Virus record (IMG/VR): IMGVR_UViG_3300036985_002190
Coordinates: 1 to 56,283 of that record
From: a virus
Lineage: Duplodnaviria; Caudoviricetes
DNA: 56,283 bases
Strand: one strand, 5' to 3'
The stretch's first letter is position 1, and every line of letters begins with the position of its first letter. Made by a program: the position numbers and the translations under genes. Of the stretch, positions 55,601-56,283 are shown in pieces. A model generated the notes under the pieces. The model was not told where the DNA came from. It did not search any database and saw only the letters and a list, made by a program, of their open reading frames with translations.

Positions 55601-56283
55601 AAATTTGAGTTAGACAAGATTGTTAATAGGCTTTCTTTGGGTGAAAATCCATTTAGCTCAACATCATACGAGTCAGAAGCTATTGATAATGTAGCCAAAA
55701 CTATTGCTAAGTTTAGACATGAGTTAATGGAATCATCATTTAGAAATGGTGAGAATAAAACCATGTACGCTCATCAAACTCCAACATTCTTATCTAGATC
55801 AATTCAACAGTTTAAAGGTAAAAATTGGGAGGATAGAATTGCTTGGTATCAACAGGATGTGTTCTATCGTGATTCTGCTTGGTTGAATGAACTTAAAGAG
55901 ATGGAGTCTCGTAATGAATTTGGATTTATTGAGATAGACTCTATTAATTACGATAATAATAGTGATGGGATCAGATATACCAAGATGTCTCCTAAAGACT
56001 TTGAAAATACAGCCGTTAATATGTATTTCAATAATGGAGACAAAAACTACGTATATTATAAATTCCCAGTAGTATCTGATGCTCCAAAGATGCCATTCAT
56101 CAAGTTTAGAAGATTCTCAACTAATGACGTTGTAGATAGATTGTATGATGTTTATCGTCAAGAGTGGGCTAGGATTAATAACATTAAAGAGCGTGAAAAT
56201 TTACGTGCTGAATATATTAAAAATAATCAGCCTATTCCAGATGAACTTAAAGTAATTAAAAACTATGATCACGAGAAATCCAA
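49673..56283 (+). CDS. Giant virion protein (>2200 aa, 3'-truncated) with zincin motif; probably the cargo/virion RNA polymerase-associated polyprotein
   Basis: ATG 49673 (MGLNPNTKAL...); same frame confirmed at several points to the window end; hydrophobic Gly/Ala segments near N-terminus; TTYHEAFHVVF with HEAFH at 54071-54085; no DxDGD catalytic motif seen inside the window. Confidence 0.8.
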   Translation, partial: MGLNPNTKALIADYDSKFQPDPMSQPIKTRFDFSAFDKVSQSDVVQAQPILTSQKYEDFNEYIPRKIDPIYGDIEEQRAQNQGNFELIGKALGQAVTETTLGTIESAGYLLDAPGIYDSIAGNEKEFDNFFSKIFRDAKNNIDEKYFPIYQTHAAENGAIFDRTSFASNIKSLATSLTLMLPALGVARGINIAGKLAGMGAKTIALTEAVGAGLASRHGENTMEGQQYLQQYTEKNKQDLMPKYQQMAEAELASLPLVMPPNEFGFSPYTQEDRAKAESNIINKYKTQLESEASQMAVKGANRVYAADGALAVVDILQYMPLFKGFGNVLSGVKYAKPVETTFQMVSEAGEEGFQQGNQLEAYESTKAGIDMFGPGYSERLGEYLKDKDMKTSAFWGAMGGGVFAAAGPIAKKAIDSYTDIDLTRKRAALRNDVDAFNKIDDDIKTDLIFKHAKRGRLDKLSADMDALDQSLDDQNWNEIGITKEEAQAKIKSFKEDIAFANEQKAIIESNPNFKDHKDAALDFLETKLKARNSGKQIKDLNISLTQLYREVLDNGELDSGLLEIKKLQDNLNAFKQVKSNLTSIPSFKKDKALKESTNGKLDVNIGLLQAKLNDAISLYKESNPTVDINTALKTVNDPKITQKYNRLKELQIVSDDVIKPTLAAYEKASVVKEKDAKLKEDQATVNRETVVDNINNATDENDIDATLEAAPEENTDDAINAVNKKAEDEAIDAPDTPDLRYKNRPNLFTKEMGDLETHVIGEYNNQLSQSNQDELSMIVLSENADEFNKNYMGLYNKAQSNPEAEKLFSTLQKFYENIGKSRADLADAKNIKTDGEHPIDEFEDTVISDFHPDGKISSDIGYAPNDETIAPSQGISPNKTAIRQFTITKGKNNKTVIKRVDGVAELDKIAKQMPIDWDYVNDPKSMAAGSEIYFIVNLDDTISTKKTDYHKKLQGDDFIHGSQILIAQKDADGRPHIISALPIYQGSNVTENGLKLKALREQIWQGVKSSGQKLGVYNSGITSKITKKYSGMLLISNTKNNPHEVLKAGEKLVLGIAKNINGKTTIDAGKNVDAEYSGIEVDNSNDGGIFIMLKGANGRIIPARCFTAQLQRFPELMAQAKKLLTETNKDNWAVNREQLRKIVYIDYNYIPKTDSFELRDKSGNVTTFTKDGLDAIFRTKIVQVASSEINRGNYNETISKQGRLKTDITPGNPIVNSNFEFSLDYQTPIQKVEANQISVNEALSSDEARAIIGDEFSGHPTVAPQPKLIENNNLPTENVNKENIIDQKTDIENKRQEALSRLYQHGSNAPGKAYGWVVMYNKYSPDYQRLKDDYWDDEVLAYNTNKQLAIDKINAKYDADLSSLPIIKESLIELPSFEDFENPLGDNNIPPTKFKVASNKEFYQKWDELKETKWFKDRFDESLIDTNKFRDGLINISKNGGIQAYGMFKNAVAYISGAAQTGTTYHEAFHVVFNLYLNELQRAQMLKENASLGKTDIEIEEAIAEKFMDYVRSEELDKGGLGKQIVDFFKQIYYMIKSKITNDLTLDQVFFQIQHKMYRKSPFTRDVDSFKVVRYSIANMTPYESQRRAVALSDEMRKALDSYIEQNSDLNNTPRKDVIAGMQHTNEKGVKFSGLDMLALKARSELIKIYNSGVLDSTQKASMAKMIKEFISMDASGQVVFGELARKSLLQFAKNEGLSIRLSSKEIFSSVDSADADPQDDLFEDDNPREGYQIKAENVSHKESLSNEVRKELSYIPQTKEDGSPELDDLGFIIYQDFNTVFSDLQRDLANSVDSVEMMERLSETVNNKPYLTDIYNKLNTDLNLRTKFFVNFQLSHVDYVTVRQRKQYIPPITKGAKGTYSYQYHIFSSNRNGVKNILVDEWKDNSVDPAFNKTVNKDGSINMSEVAKVKTQWDKLTAILKTKDNYGTSETKLMANILNHIGITISVKDLNDLNKNYTSATGKITYGKTKVNALKFELDKIVNRLSLGENPFSSTSYESEAIDNVAKTIAKFRHELMESSFRNGENKTMYAHQTPTFLSRSIQQFKGKNWEDRIAWYQQDVFYRDSAWLNELKEMESRNEFGFIEIDSINYDNNSDGIRYTKMSPKDFENTAVNMYFNNGDKNYVYYKFPVVSDAPKMPFIKFRRFSTNDVVDRLYDVYRQEWARINNIKERENLRAEYIKNNQPIPDELKVIKNYDHEKS

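Noticed and set aside
5369-55764. Minus-strand and off-frame ORFs in the track that overlap long plus-strand genes (e.g. 5369-5701, 26706-27125, 51220-51657, 50586-50843)
   Set aside because: Shadow ORFs with S/L/F-rich antisense composition, lying within well-supported genes.
1-56283. Stop-codon reassignment (TAG or TGA), known in some crAss-like phages
   Set aside because: Long genes are intact in code 11; TAG and TGA end genes at sensible boundaries (3900, 4166, 40591; 5352, 31925, 37769); no suppressor tRNA seen.

Overview
A 56 kb segment of a crAss-like (Crassvirales-type) phage of a Bacteroidota host, read in the standard genetic code. Positions 1-2356 hold short minus-strand genes separated by hairpin-rich non-coding DNA. 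Transcription switches strand at about 2600. The plus strand then carries: (1) a ~390-nt GC-enriched structured leader followed by a DUF559/Vsr-like nuclease; (2) small conserved genes (Zn-ribbon, HU/IHF-like, GroES-like); (3) terminase and portal; (4) a ~14.4 kb fibre/adhesin/lysis block; (5) scaffold-like protein and a major capsid gene split by a group I intron (28884-29828) encoding a NUMOD4-HNH endonuclease; (6) ring, auxiliary capsid, tail tubular and muzzle genes; (7) ejected cargo proteins, ending in a >2200-aa ORF that is missing from the ORF track, has an HEAFH zincin motif and runs off the window. The most unusual observations are the structured RNA plus DUF559 unit, four fibre/depolymerase-like proteins with Bacteroidota Sec signal peptides, the capsid intron, a FISUMP lectin domain with nested insertions, and recurring x-A-x-G-G motifs in a cargo protein. 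All family calls come from motif recognition by eye; no database search or folding calculation was run.
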